From Callorhinchus milii (Eukaryota), in the NCBI RefSeq assembly GCF_018977255.1, contig NW_024704742.1, positions 86,616,001 to 86,680,000 on the forward strand: a DNA stretch of 64,000 nucleotides, written 5' to 3'. Within the stretch, counting starts at the first letter, position 1, and each line of letters opens with the position of its first letter. Shown piece by piece: positions 1 through 12,470 of the stretch. Made by a program: the position numbers and the translations under genes. A model generated the notes under the pieces. That model saw only the letters and a program-made list of their open reading frames with translations, made no database searches and was not told the DNA's origin.

Positions 1-351
1 TGAGTTAGTTTAGTTTAATAGATCTGCACCTTCTGCTCTTTTATAGGTCGGTTGGGCTCTTTGTAGTTTTAACACTAAACATACGAATGTAATGTTTTCA
101 CCACAATCGGGTAGTAGGTGGTAATCACCATACTTGACTGAATACACTACACAAAAACATCATCTGCAATTTCTGGAGTGTTACTGTGCATCGATTAGAG
201 TCTGGTTGAAAACAAGTGTTGATTAGTTTTCCATCCATTAATAGTGTGAACCTCTAAATGTACAAACGGTGTCATACGCTAGCTTCAATCACACCCAGAT
301 GTGACAAAGTTCAACCACTACTTTATTCCAATGTCATCACAAATTACAATT

Positions 352-701
352 ATAATAATAATAATGCTTGCATTTGATATAGCGTCTAATCACGTCTTTG
401 AGACGTCTCAAAAAATGCTTCACAGAATATACTGTAAAGTGAATTGACTGTATATTTTGTGGGCGAAATGGGCACAATAGTAACCCACAAACAGTCGTGG
501 ATTGAGTGATCAATTTTTTTTTTTTTGAAGGAATTATTACCCTCGAAAAAGCGATTCGCCAATCAACTAACAGCCAGGTTCCTAGGTAAACAGAGGCATG
601 TGGAGAAGGAAACTTAGCCAACATTTCGCCCTGCTGGGAATTGAACCCAGATCCTCTCGCTTGCGATTCGAGTGCCCTAACCACTGAGCGACAGGACTCC
701 A
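352..701 (-). mobile_element. Full-length tRNA-derived SINE with L2-like 3' tail (long variant)
   Basis: Reverse complement begins TGGAGTCCTGTCGCTCAGTGGTTAGGGCAC (A box), has GGTTCAATTCC (B box), and ends ...ATATCAAATGCAAGCATTATTATTATTA. Many similar copies in the window. Confidence 0.88.
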
Positions 702-3700
702 ATTATATTGATTGATTCTTTCATGCATCATTCCTTCCTGGTGTCCAGCAATTGTGGAAAAGCATCATTATGCTTACGGATACCCAAACCAATAATTCTA
801 TCTACATGTAGAAATTCCCCTATTTTGGAACGGAATATGCATCCTCTCTCTCTGGGGACGCACCTTGTTTACCTAATTCCGGACGAGAGCATCAGGCCTG
901 GCTGGCAACAGGCAGGGCTTGGGGATCCCATTAAGGAATCTCACTGATTTCAGTGGCTCTTAAGGTGATGCTGACACATTAAAAGTTAAGTGGAAGGCAA
1001 GGAGAGAAAACGAATGGTGAAGGGCTCTACTCCCCACCCTCTTCACTTGCTCCCTGCCTCCTCCCCCATTCTCAACACTGTTCTGTGCTGTTCAAGATTC
1101 AATGCTGACTTAACTGCAATGGATTAAGCTTCCCTTATTGATGCTGTTGGGTGCAGCATGTGTCTCCTGCATGGCTTTGTATGGTTTAGCAAGTGGAATC
1201 CATTTTTAAAACAAACAAGCTCTTCTGATGATTAATAATAATAATCTTTGCATTTGATATAGCACCTTATCACGTCATGGAGACATCTCAAAGCACTTCA
1301 CAAGATATACTATAAAATGCAGTGACTGTGTATTTTGTTGGCGAAATGCGGCAGCCAGTTTGCGCATAGCAATGTCCACGAACAGGCATGGAGTAAGTGA
1401 TTATTCCTTGGATAAAAGCATTGTCCATCCGGTCTGATCCAGTGTGCAATTTGGTGTGATGTCGAGCCATACTGTTCAGGACTGTAGAGAGATGATCAAT
1501 CATTTCCTACTCCTGATCACTATCCACAGCTGTAGAGTTATCCTTATACAAAAGGAAACTGCTCTGCGGAAGGCGTTTGCGGAAGTACAGAGCAGACCTG
1601 CGTGGGCATGGTGTAAAACTAATCAATGATGTAAATTAAATCCGGCTTACACATACTACAATAGTGACTACATTTTGACAGAAAATCACTATATAAGCTC
1701 TTTGTGACAGTACTTTGGTCCCCGGCAGGATGACTTCTCACACTGCCTCCAGTGGTGCTGCATTCTGGTGTGAACAAGCCTGATGAGGATAACAACAACA
1801 CTTGCATTTATATAGTGCCTTCTCGGGCATAGCATCTCGGAGCACTGACAGCAGACTACAGAGAAGCAGTGACTTCTGCATCTTTCTATTCAGCAGATGA
1901 GTGAAATAACAACTTTACTCCAGGTAATCAGACTGTACATAACCATTTGAGAAAGTGTGTATGTTCCCAACACATTATCCTTGATTAAATGAACCGCAGA
2001 GTTATGGTTGCCTTCGGAAAAGATATTCAGCATTTTAACCTTTTTCAATGTGATTTTGATCTCCTGGAGTCGTAAACCTAATGAAGGTTAGGACCTTCGA
2101 AAATGATAGGACAGGCTGAATGGCCTACTCCTATGTTCCCAGGCTGTTGATCAACATTGCTTACTTGCGTAGTTTTTCAAGCAGACACAGATGGCAGCAG
2201 CGATGCTTCAGCAATTAGGGCTGGAACTTCTGTGTCTCATGTCAATATAACTGTCAGCATGACTTTACTTACAGATGTGTTTGACCTCCCGCTGCGTGTG
2301 AAATAGCAGGGGGTGTGAGGCTTTCCTGGAATAAGCCCAAAACTCTCAAGTGAGGACGAGCTGAGCAAATCCGGCATGTCTTGCAGAGTGGAGAAACCTT
2401 TCTGCTCATGACTACCCTCATGTGAAGGATACAGTAAACACCTGGCTTACTGGACTCCGGAACTCGTACCTAACCAGGAACAGGCCTGAAAATGAACTTC
2501 TTTAACAAAATTCCGGCCGGCCACTCTCGTATTGCGCACCCCCAGCCTCACTATCCTCGCTGGCCTTCAGTGGCCAGGCAGGGATGTCTACTTTCACTCA
2601 GTTTGAATCCCACGAGCAGAAGACAGCTTATTCGTTATCTTCTATTCGTAGGATTCAAACAATTACAATACCGGTACCGACATTAACCAGCATTTTGGGC
2701 ACTGAAAAAAGCCGGTCCCAGAAAAAGCCCTAAATGCCGATACCGGCATTGTGATTACACTTAGCTGGAAATTCCAGCTCCCATTAGTCTGGCTAGCCGA
2801 GGTTTTAGTGTATTCAGAAATGTTTCCTACCAGTTTTCTTACAGACGTATAAGGGAGGTTGTGCAGTGAGATGGGTCACTGATGTAAGCAACAATTTGAA
2901 CGTACCTGGCACCTTTCAGATAGGCTGAAACTATAGGAAGCAGGGAGACGAGGAAGGAGAATGTAAGAGTGTTGCATGGTCATTTCGAGTTTGTCCCTTC
3001 TGTTCTTCCTGCTGCTGTTTCCTCAGGTCTTAGCCTTAAGACCATTATCTTAAAATGTATGATGGCACAGAATTTGGGAAAATCTTTAATTTCTGACTTA
3101 ATTTGAAGCTCTTTATCCTCGGTGCTTTTTAAGAACTTCACGAACTGTCGTCCAAATTAACACTGAATTGAGTATTTTCCAAAATACTGCACAATCTTAA
3201 ATTTTAAGACCGTAGTCATGAGGCTGAGACTTTAGGTTTCTCCGTGCAGGTCCCTTAACTAGAAGAGGGGGTGTATTTTGCAATGGGCCACAAGGGCAGG
3301 GTTAACTATTGGGGTTACACTGAGACATCGAGCACTGCTGTATGTGCTAGATTGCAATATCTAGTACCGTCAAGTCCCTCACTGACATACTGGTCGTGTA
3401 AGACTCCGTTACGAAACAGTAGCTGGTGCAGTGGCTCATCTCAGCCAGTTGATTTAATCACTCTTCACCACAGGGGAGAGATGATGTAACCTTCCGCCGC
3501 CCACTGCTTCCTCCCTCCTCCATAGCATGATCTCAATTGGCTTCAGGCTGTTGGGCAGAAGTGCCTGGCAGACGTACCAAGCAGTGCCCGGGTGTCTTTC
3601 GAGGCACAGAAAAAGAGAGAGACGTGAATATCATTTGTGTGAGTCAACCAGGGTTGTTCGCTCACATACTTTAACCTGGTATATGATTGCCGAGGGACCT

Positions 3701-4792
3701 AGACAAGCTACCTGGAAGTGGACTCCTGTTGTCCTGTATGTGGCTAAGTGTTGAGGATGAATGAGGTTATTTATCAATCTGCCTAGTTTGTCCCATTTTT
3801 GGTGTACATCCCTGGCTAGATTTCAGAAATTTTCAAACCTCCAGCACACCACTCAGGGCAGTCATCTGTTCCTATAGTGAAGGAAGGTCTAGTACACTGT
3901 GCCGTGTCTCTAGGGCAATCTTACACTGTGATTTGCTGCTTTCTGTTATCACAAGAGAAGCTGCTCAGCACCAGTTCCTGTGCACCAGCTGTTTGAGGGA
4001 GTGTATGCAAAGATGTCTTTACTTTCCAGAAGAGATGGCCAGCACAGTAAAAGCTGCCCATGTTTACATCTGTTGAACAAGCAAGATTTTTTCTCTCTTC
4101 CTTCGTCAGATTTCCTCCTGCCCTTTCCTGAAGGCATTTGTTTGGTTTCCTTTTCTTTCCTCAGGCGCCCTGCTGTAGATTGCCTAAGTAGCTATTATTC
4201 ATGTGTGAGTTTTGACTGTCCCCCTTTTGGAAGGGTGTTTAACTATGTGGCCATCTCAGTTCAGCCAGGCCCCACTGAAGCCAATTACAGCACTGCAATG
4301 CTTCTCCAGCTCAGATCAACTAACTTAGTATAGTCAAGATTCAATCCTGTGAGCTTCTGCATCTTGCTGCTCTGGGGAGTGTCTTTACCCACTAGGACAT
4401 TAGGGGTGGGTTGCACAATTTGCCCAGGACATTATAAAATGTATTGATCCTGGATCCATTCTGCCTCGCTTCTCTCTTTCATCTCATTCTGTTTCATTGC
4501 AGATGAGGTTTGATTTTAATACTCCCAGATTACTTGTGTTCCTTGGCTGTGTTTCCAACACCTGTGCACCCCTGATGTGGTTAAATCAGATTGTTTCCTG
4601 TTCTCTCTTCAAAAGTGCAGCATTGGCAATGCAAGATGATCTGGAAGGTGATGAACTGTAGTGTTATAAAGTTGATCTTCCAGTCAGAGGCTCATGATAT
4701 GAAACTCTTCAGTAACAAACTGATGCTTGATTTTGGAGTTCTGCACATGCATCCCGAATTGTCGAATTTACTTGTATCTGATTAAAAGTGAT

Positions 4793-5032
4793 GAGCATAG
4801 TTGCTGTTGTGTTAGTATTAACACTGTTTGACAGTGAAGTGGAATTGGGCATAGTTACACGACTGACAGTGATGTGGAGTAGAGCTAAGTTACTGTAGTG
4901 TTGGTGTTAACACAAACTGACAATGTTGATCATAGTTACACTGACATGACAGTGATATAGAGCATAGTTACTCCAGTGTTAGTATTAACATTGCCTGACA
5001 GTGGAATAGCTTTTTAGTTGTGGTGTTAGTAA
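4793..5032. repeat. Degenerate minisatellite (GCATAGTTAC...TGACAGTGA units)
   Basis: Five units starting near 4795, 4849, 4884, 4930, 4962. Confidence 0.7.
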
Positions 5033-8000
5033 ATAATTGCTGTGTACTGTTTTTTCATATCGGCATTTGCATCTTTTGATATCGGCAAAATATTGCAGGC
5101 TGCATTTTCCAGTTTACCAAAGCTTCGCCTTTTCACTTTTTAATGTACCTACTCCAGGTAAGCTGGTTTCTGATCAGAGTCTGTCCTGGCAGTCCAGTGA
5201 TTGTGTGGGGAACGAGTGGGATCAATACCACACTCCTTACAAATGATCAATTGCAAACCACAGAGGCAGGATTTGCTCCATCTCTTTTTTATTTAGCAAA
5301 CATGCAAAAGCACATGCCCATTCTTAGTTGTTTTGATACTCTTAAGAATGGGCTTGTGTTTTTTCACGTTTGGTAAATAAACATGCATGCTATCTCTGCA
5401 TGTGGATATCCTTAAGTGAAATGAAACACACACTCTCTCCTTGGAGGGACACACCTTGTTTATCGAATTTCAGAAAATATTGGGTGCAGATTGGCAGGAA
5501 TCACGTCTAGTGAACCCCAGAGTGTGTGTTTGAGTACTAGAGCAATTTAACCAGCAAATACTGCATAACTTGCAATTGAGAGCACTGTCAGGGAAGCTTC
5601 CTGCTACTTTTCCAGCCAAGACCATCTTACCTATTTGGGCCTCGGCTTGATTGAATAACTTGCAGACCAAGTTTGTTAAACAGTAGTCAATTTTTGCCCA
5701 CAAAATACACAATCAATCCACTTTACAGTATATCCTGTGACGAGCTTTGAAACATCCCAACAATGTAAAAAGGTGATATATCTAATGCAAGGATTACAAC
5801 AGCAAACAACAAATTGCATTCGTATAGTGCCTTTCACATCGGGAGGATCTCCCAAGGCGCTGATTATTATTATTATTATAATATGATAATTAAATATGAA
5901 AACAACTAGTTTCCCAGACCCGCAGCTTATCGGCTACACCTCAGCCATGTTGTGAGCAGTCACTCTGACTTTGGACCCGTCGCTGTCTATTTCTTCACTC
6001 TAAATGTTTCTCTTGCCTCTTACACAATCTATCTTGTTGGCTAAGAAATCATCCCCGAGAGGTGTTTCTCCACTGTGTGATCTGTGCTACTCTCTGCATG
6101 GTTTGCCTGTAAGTCATTTTAAAAATAGCGAAATTAAATGTTTCCTTTTTGATCTATTCTGCACAATGCACTGCTTACTAACATGTCAAAATAACTTTTG
6201 AGCACAGTTTATTTAGCTCTCGTGGTTGACAGCATAGAATTTGAGTGCAGCTGTGGAGCATGGGGTGCAGTGCTGGCCTCCCTACTCTGACTGTAATGAA
6301 TTTTGATCTCCCTGTGTGATATATCATCTCATGATAGAAAGAGTGATAACTCTTCGACTCTTTCCAGGGCCTCCCTCCCTCCAAGTTGCTTTCTCTTTCT
6401 CTTGTTGAATGTTGTCTCTCTTACTCCAGAGGCTGATACACTAAAACGTACATAAATCGTACCAGTCAGGACCATAACATTTAATATGATTTACGCGAAG
6501 TCCAAGTTGGAGGCAAACTTGTATAAATCGTATTAAATCTGATTTAATCAATATTCTCCAATGTGCTTGTGTAATTCAATGCAGCCGGTAAGTGTGCATG
6601 TGGTGATGGGTCAACACCATGTTTCCCGTGATTCAATACATCTTGACCCATTACCGCATGCACATTTACCGGCAAGCATTGGAATCGCATTGAATCGCGG
6701 GAAATAAAATTCTTCTGTGCATGTGTCGATGATCAAGACTGTTTCCTGTGATTTAGTGCAGCCGGTAACTGCGAGAGTAATGGCGGCTAGGGGAGCGATG
6801 TTACGAGTTAGGGGGTGATTAATACGACTGGTTTAAAGAAATCTTTAAGGGGTTTAGATAGGAAACTGAATGGGACTTGGGTGGATATACGATTTAGGCA
6901 ATTATTTGATATATGAGACAGTCAAGTCCCTAACAGCATTAAGTATATTGTGTTCTTACCGCTTATAATAATAAACCTTGCATTTGATATTTTGTCTTAT
7001 CACATTGTTGAGATGTCTCAAAACGCTTCACAGAATATACTGTAAAATAGGTGGACTGTATTTTGTGGGCAAAATGTGGCTGTCAGTTGCGCACATCAGT
7101 GTCCCACAAATATCCTGCCTCTGGGGTAAGGCAGAATTTTGCCACATTTACTCTGGTAACTGTATTCTGAGGAAGCAACATCTCACCTCCATTTAATTCA
7201 TTCATCTTTTAAATTAGTGTGCAGTTTTTCAAAGTTGCCTCCGTGCACCCTTCACCCAGCTCCTCCCTCCCTCCTTCCCTCCCTTCCTCCAATCCACCTC
7301 TGGGTCAGATACAGTGTATGATCTGATGGTTGAGTTTTTGCACTCATTGCTTTCCACACTTCTCCTGGGGAAGAGGCGGAGAGCACAAGGGCAGGAACAA
7401 ACAGCCAGAGTTACCACTGTTGACTCCCTCTGGTGAGTGAGTGGGGGAAGTGCTATTTTGCTTGTATTCAAAATATTCCAACTCTTTTTTAAATGGATCT
7501 GTTTTCATGTGAGCGATTGTAGGATGAACTGCAGTGTTAATGTCTCTGTCGACCCGTTAGAACACATTCTACCCTACCTCCTCCTCTTGAACAGTGTTAG
7601 CTGTGCGTGTGTTTTAAAGTTGCAAGATAAGAAATCTCCTCTATCCTATAGCTGTACAGAACTGGTAATGTGTGTTGCCTCAGCCCGCCGGTTGAGAACT
7701 GGTCAGCTCCACAAATGACTGTAACTTGCGTTCTATTAAGCGCTATGGGACGTGACCCTGTGTCAGGGGTGCTATATGAATGCAAATTGTTGTTGGTATT
7801 ATGTAGCCTCATTACTCACCGAATGAGTGGGATCTGATGACTGACTCACAATCATTACTGTGGCTTCTGTCACTTATTTTACAACTTATGGTAGGTGAGT
7901 ATTGATGCATTGGCTGATCAGACAGGACAAATTCTTCACGTTGCCCAGCTGTAAAATAATGACTCTCATGCCCCTGTCAGAGAATGTGTTACCAAAGAGT

Positions 8001-11000
8001 AGGCTGTCTCCCAGGGAATTGATAACAAACCCGAGTAATCTCCCATGCTGTGCATCCTTTGCCAAAACTTGGTATCCAAGAGCTTTTCGGAATGCGAGGA
8101 TTAATATTATTATTCAGGTGGACGTTAGGGGTGAAGAGAGCTTCTCCTGGTACCCTGCCTATAATCTTCTGGAAGAACTGGTCATTCACTTGATGGCTGC
8201 TATGTTTGCCTACAAAAAACAATATCTGCAGTTGACAATAATTTCTGTAAAGCACTTTGACAAGGTGCTAGAAAAATACAAGTTTCGTCTTTCTAGGTTC
8301 AGACCAAAGATCACCTTGCTTAATTGTATATCCTGCAAAGGATATTTTTATTAAGTATTTAGAAACAAAATTAAATATATTTTTCACCAATACCATTTAT
8401 TATATTTACAGCTGTTTAAGCAAATTAATTACTCCCCCCTCCTTTGGATTATACATTTGATCTTGTATTACAACTCAGAATGTGGGCATTGCCTTCTGTA
8501 TAATGGTTAACACAACCTGCTTCTTGTCTAAAGACTTAAGTGGAATAAATTATAGCAAAAAATAGTAATAACTATGGAAATTCACATGAGCTATTCCACT
8601 GCGCTTTATTGTAGAAGAAAATGACTAACTTCACTCAGTAAATTCCTAATGTAGATTCCCTTTCTTCAACATTGATCTTGGTACTGTTTTAACTTGCATG
8701 TAGCTCAGAGGTTCTCTGGAGGCGTTATTCGTTAAAGATTTGTCCCCGTGACCCAAATTGTCCAACTGTGCTTGTTTTAAGAATCTTTCCATTTGGGCTC
8801 TTTAATGGGTCTTCACAGTTTAACAATTACCTTTGTAGTGAGACCTCTCTAGGGCCTCAGAATTCTATCACGTCGAGTTCAGAGACTGGGAATCAGAAAT
8901 CATATCTGCTAAGCAAAATGAGAGACAGCTTGCATATTTATAGCACCTTCTCATTTTAAAATTTCTCAATTTGTGTCACCGATAATTACTGTTAAGCATA
9001 GTGGATGTATTTGCAGATGAAAGCAACAACCACTTGCACCAGCAAGGTTCCACAAACAAGCCTTGGAAGTGAACGAGCAATTAATGTGGAGCATTGTTGC
9101 CCAGATCACCAGGAAAAACTCTTCTCTTTTTGAATAGCAATTTGGGAGGTTTTTTTTAACCATCCAACTGTAAAACAGGCAGATGGTACCTCGTTTTAAC
9201 ATCTCATCCGAAAGACAGTATCTTTAGTAATGCAGCATTTCCTAAGTACTACTCTGGAGTGACGCACTGAATATAATAACAATAATCCAAACATTTGATA
9301 TAGCGTCTTATCACATTGTTGAGATGTCTCTAAGCTCTTCACAGAATATACTATAAAATGGATTGACTCTATATTATCAGCTCAAGTGGGCTTGACCTCC
9401 CAACCTCCTGACCTAGAGGGGAGAATGTTATCAAATGAGCCAGCCTGATGCCTATCTCCTTCAATGTTCACTTCGTACTACAATTGAATATATTTTAAGT
9501 CTAAGTTTAGTGTTACCTAGTTTAGTGTGACTTGATGATGAGTGCATGAAATTTTGCTTTCAAGGAACACTTGTTAGACATTCTTGTGCTCTTTTCTCAG
9601 CAAAGTATTCTTGTCAGGTTGCTGTTGACGTCACTTCCTGCTTTGCTGCATGCGCTTTGCTCAGAGCACTTAACAGTGGCAGAGTCTGACTACCGCACTC
9701 CCCACCCTCTGCTCGGAGTCAGGTTCTGCTATTGTTAAGCGCTCTGAGACGCTACCCTGTGTGCAGGGCATTATATAAGTGCAAATTGTTGTTTAAAAAT
9801 TGGTTGGCTTGCTGACCCAGAAGACAGCTAGCTTTTCTTTTAGATTCTTAGATTCTTTTAGCTTTTTTAAGTTAAAATGGCCAACTTCAGATCATTGGGT
9901 TGCTACCGAGGTGTCTTCGAAAGCGGGAAGTAATGTCAGCAGCGACCTAACGATCTGTAGTCGGGCATTTTAGGTTTAAAAATGGTCGTCACTTTCTGCT
10001 TTGCGCCTGTGCAAAAAACAGGAAGTGACGTTGTGGTGACTTGCTGACCTAGAAGTCAGATAGTTTTTCTTTTAGGAACCTGCCAGGACAGAGCTATTGC
10101 GTATGCGCACATGAAAATCATGATCCTTTTGGCTCCCCCCATCACCACCACCGAAATCAAGGGTGACTGTCTTTCCGCACCCTGTCAATCCTGTACTGAT
10201 CCTAATATCTAGTGACAGAGTGCCTCTCAGGCCTGCAGGACTAGCACGCGGTCTGTTCAGATGTGAAATTAGGATTAACATTTTCTTCCTTTTACATAGA
10301 ATTCCTTTGCAATCAAATCTTAAATGAATAGTCTAGGGTATGAAGATGTGCCGTCCTTTGGATGTGATGTTCGACCGAGGCCCCATCTGCTTGTTAAAGA
10401 TCCTATGGCACTATTTGAACACAGAAGTAGTTTCTAGCATCCAGGCCAACAGTCCCCCAGATAAAATTGGTCACTTACTTCATGGCTGTTTCGAGGAATA
10501 TTGCTGTGTGCAAATTGACTGCTCCATTGGCTTACAAATTACACAGTCACTCCACTTTAGAGTAAAATTATGTGAAGCGCTTTGAGATGTTACGTTGATG
10601 TGATTAAAACCCTATACCAAATGCAAGGATTATCACTGTAAATTCATTCATCAAATATAGAAACTGTAGGCAGAGGGCAATTTGACAGTGTTCACCTGCA
10701 GAAGTCATTCTGTGATTATATCGCAGGTCTGAATGATGGGAAAGTAGTTTATTCCTGACCGGGCTGTTCGTAAACAGAAGCAACATCTTCCAGCATTCGA
10801 TTGGAATTTGTGCATCACCTCAGGTGTTGATAGGAGCTGCAGCCTGCTCGTGACTCAGATGATTGGTAAGTAGTTGGGGGAAGTCAGTCGTCTCATTGTT
10901 TCAACGTCAAACAAATATTGCGTTACCGATTACAAGATCCATATGATTTGAAGGCGATGAAAATGCAGCAAATGCTGTTCCTTCCCCATAAAGAAACTCA

Positions 11001-12009
11001 AAATGAAAACAATTAAGGTATAAAACCGAATAAAATAGGACATTTGATGAGAGCCACATTTAACGCAGATTAAGTAATGGACGGATTCAACACAGGCCTT
11101 TTTTGTCAACGAGATTTGCCCTAGAGCAGCATCTCCAGACGGAAATGCCGGAGATTAAAGCAGCAAAAGGAAATAACTGAGCAAAATCTGTGTTGCAACA
11201 GAAAGAAGAAAGGATTCCCACACGACAGTGCCTGCACCAAAGGAAGACGTCTTGACAGATCGATGAAGAATTCCAGCCAGCCCTTCAGCACTGGAAACAA
11301 CTCTCTCAATTCAGTACCACCAAGGTACAGTAAGAACCAAAGGCAAACTCTAATGCTGTTCCAAATCCTGAATTAAAGGCGCGCGCCAGTGGAAACCTCA
11401 CCTCACCGCACAAAGTGTTCTACGACGTTAATAAAAGTTAAAGACAGGGGTAAGATTATAATTAAGGGAGAATCAAGTGGGGGTGAGGGATGTGCAATAT
11501 TGACCGCTACCTGATAAGAGTGTACATTGAACGTATTCCCACTGGAGGCACATTTTTCCTCTTGCTGTTTTTTCAGAAATGTTTGCTGCTGGAGGTGGTT
11601 GGTGGGGTGGGGGCATTGATGCTAGTTATTCCTCAGGTGACTACTTCCCAATCTGAGAGTTAAGCACAGCTCGTCTCTCGGACAGATTTAGTGGCTCAAA
11701 ATGCTCTGTAACTACAAACCATCCCCTGGGAGCCTTGTATAAGGAGCAAAAAGAGGGACACTCGTCCCTAGCAACCTGTTGTGTATAGTTTATACATATA
11801 TATAAACCAAATATATACATATAGGGAGTCTTACCATTAAACCAAAGAACACAGGGGACGTGATATATTCATAAGGTAATGATGTATTTCCATTTGATAC
11901 ATCGATTATTCTGTCAAAATGTTCCAAAGCAATTCCCACAATGATTTATATTGAGTTGTCCGAAATAATATATAGCCAAATACAGCTAATGTGCCTCAGC
12001 AATCAGATT

Positions 12010-12470
12010 CATAGAATGTTGCAGCACACAAGGAGGCCATTTGGCCCATCATTCCTGTGCCGGCTGTTTGGAAGAGCTACCCAATCAGTCCCAATCCCCT
12101 GCTCTTTCCCCATACCCTTGCAAATTTTTCCTTTTCAAGTATCTATGTGCTCTGGTTACTGACTCACCGGCCAGTGGAAACCGTTTCCGCCTATCTATTC
12201 TTATCAAAGCCCCTCATAATTGTGAAAACCTCTATTAAATCTCCCCTTAACCTCCTCTGCTCTAAGGAGAACAATCCCAGCTTCTCTAATCTCTCCACAT
12301 AACTAAAATCCCTCATCCCTGATACCATTCGGGTTAATCTCGTCTGCATCCTCTCCAAGGCCTTGATATCCTTCCTAAAGTGAGGTGCCCAGAATTGGAC
12401 ATAATATTCCAGCTGTGGCCTAACCAGTGACTTATGAAGGGATAGTAGAACTTACTCGCCTTTGTACTCT
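12010..12470 (-). mobile_element. CR1-type LINE 3' fragment
   Basis: catagaa...ggaggccatttggccca 3' end. Internal aaatctccccttaacctcctctgctctaaggagaacaatcccag and tgcccagaattggac are the reverse complement of the CR1 ORF2 C-terminus. Confidence 0.85.

Noticed and set aside
4793..5032. CRISPR-like repeat/spacer pattern
   Set aside because: Units are degenerate and internally related, there are no unique spacers or cas genes, and the context is a eukaryotic intron.
7902..8354. 150-aa ORF
   Set aside because: Non-ATG start, runs through a SINE remnant, no recognisable homology.
11115..11325. Possible non-coding exon (ccctag ... CAAG|gtacag)
   Set aside because: Poor pyrimidine tract, no ORF and no other support; such site pairs are common by chance.
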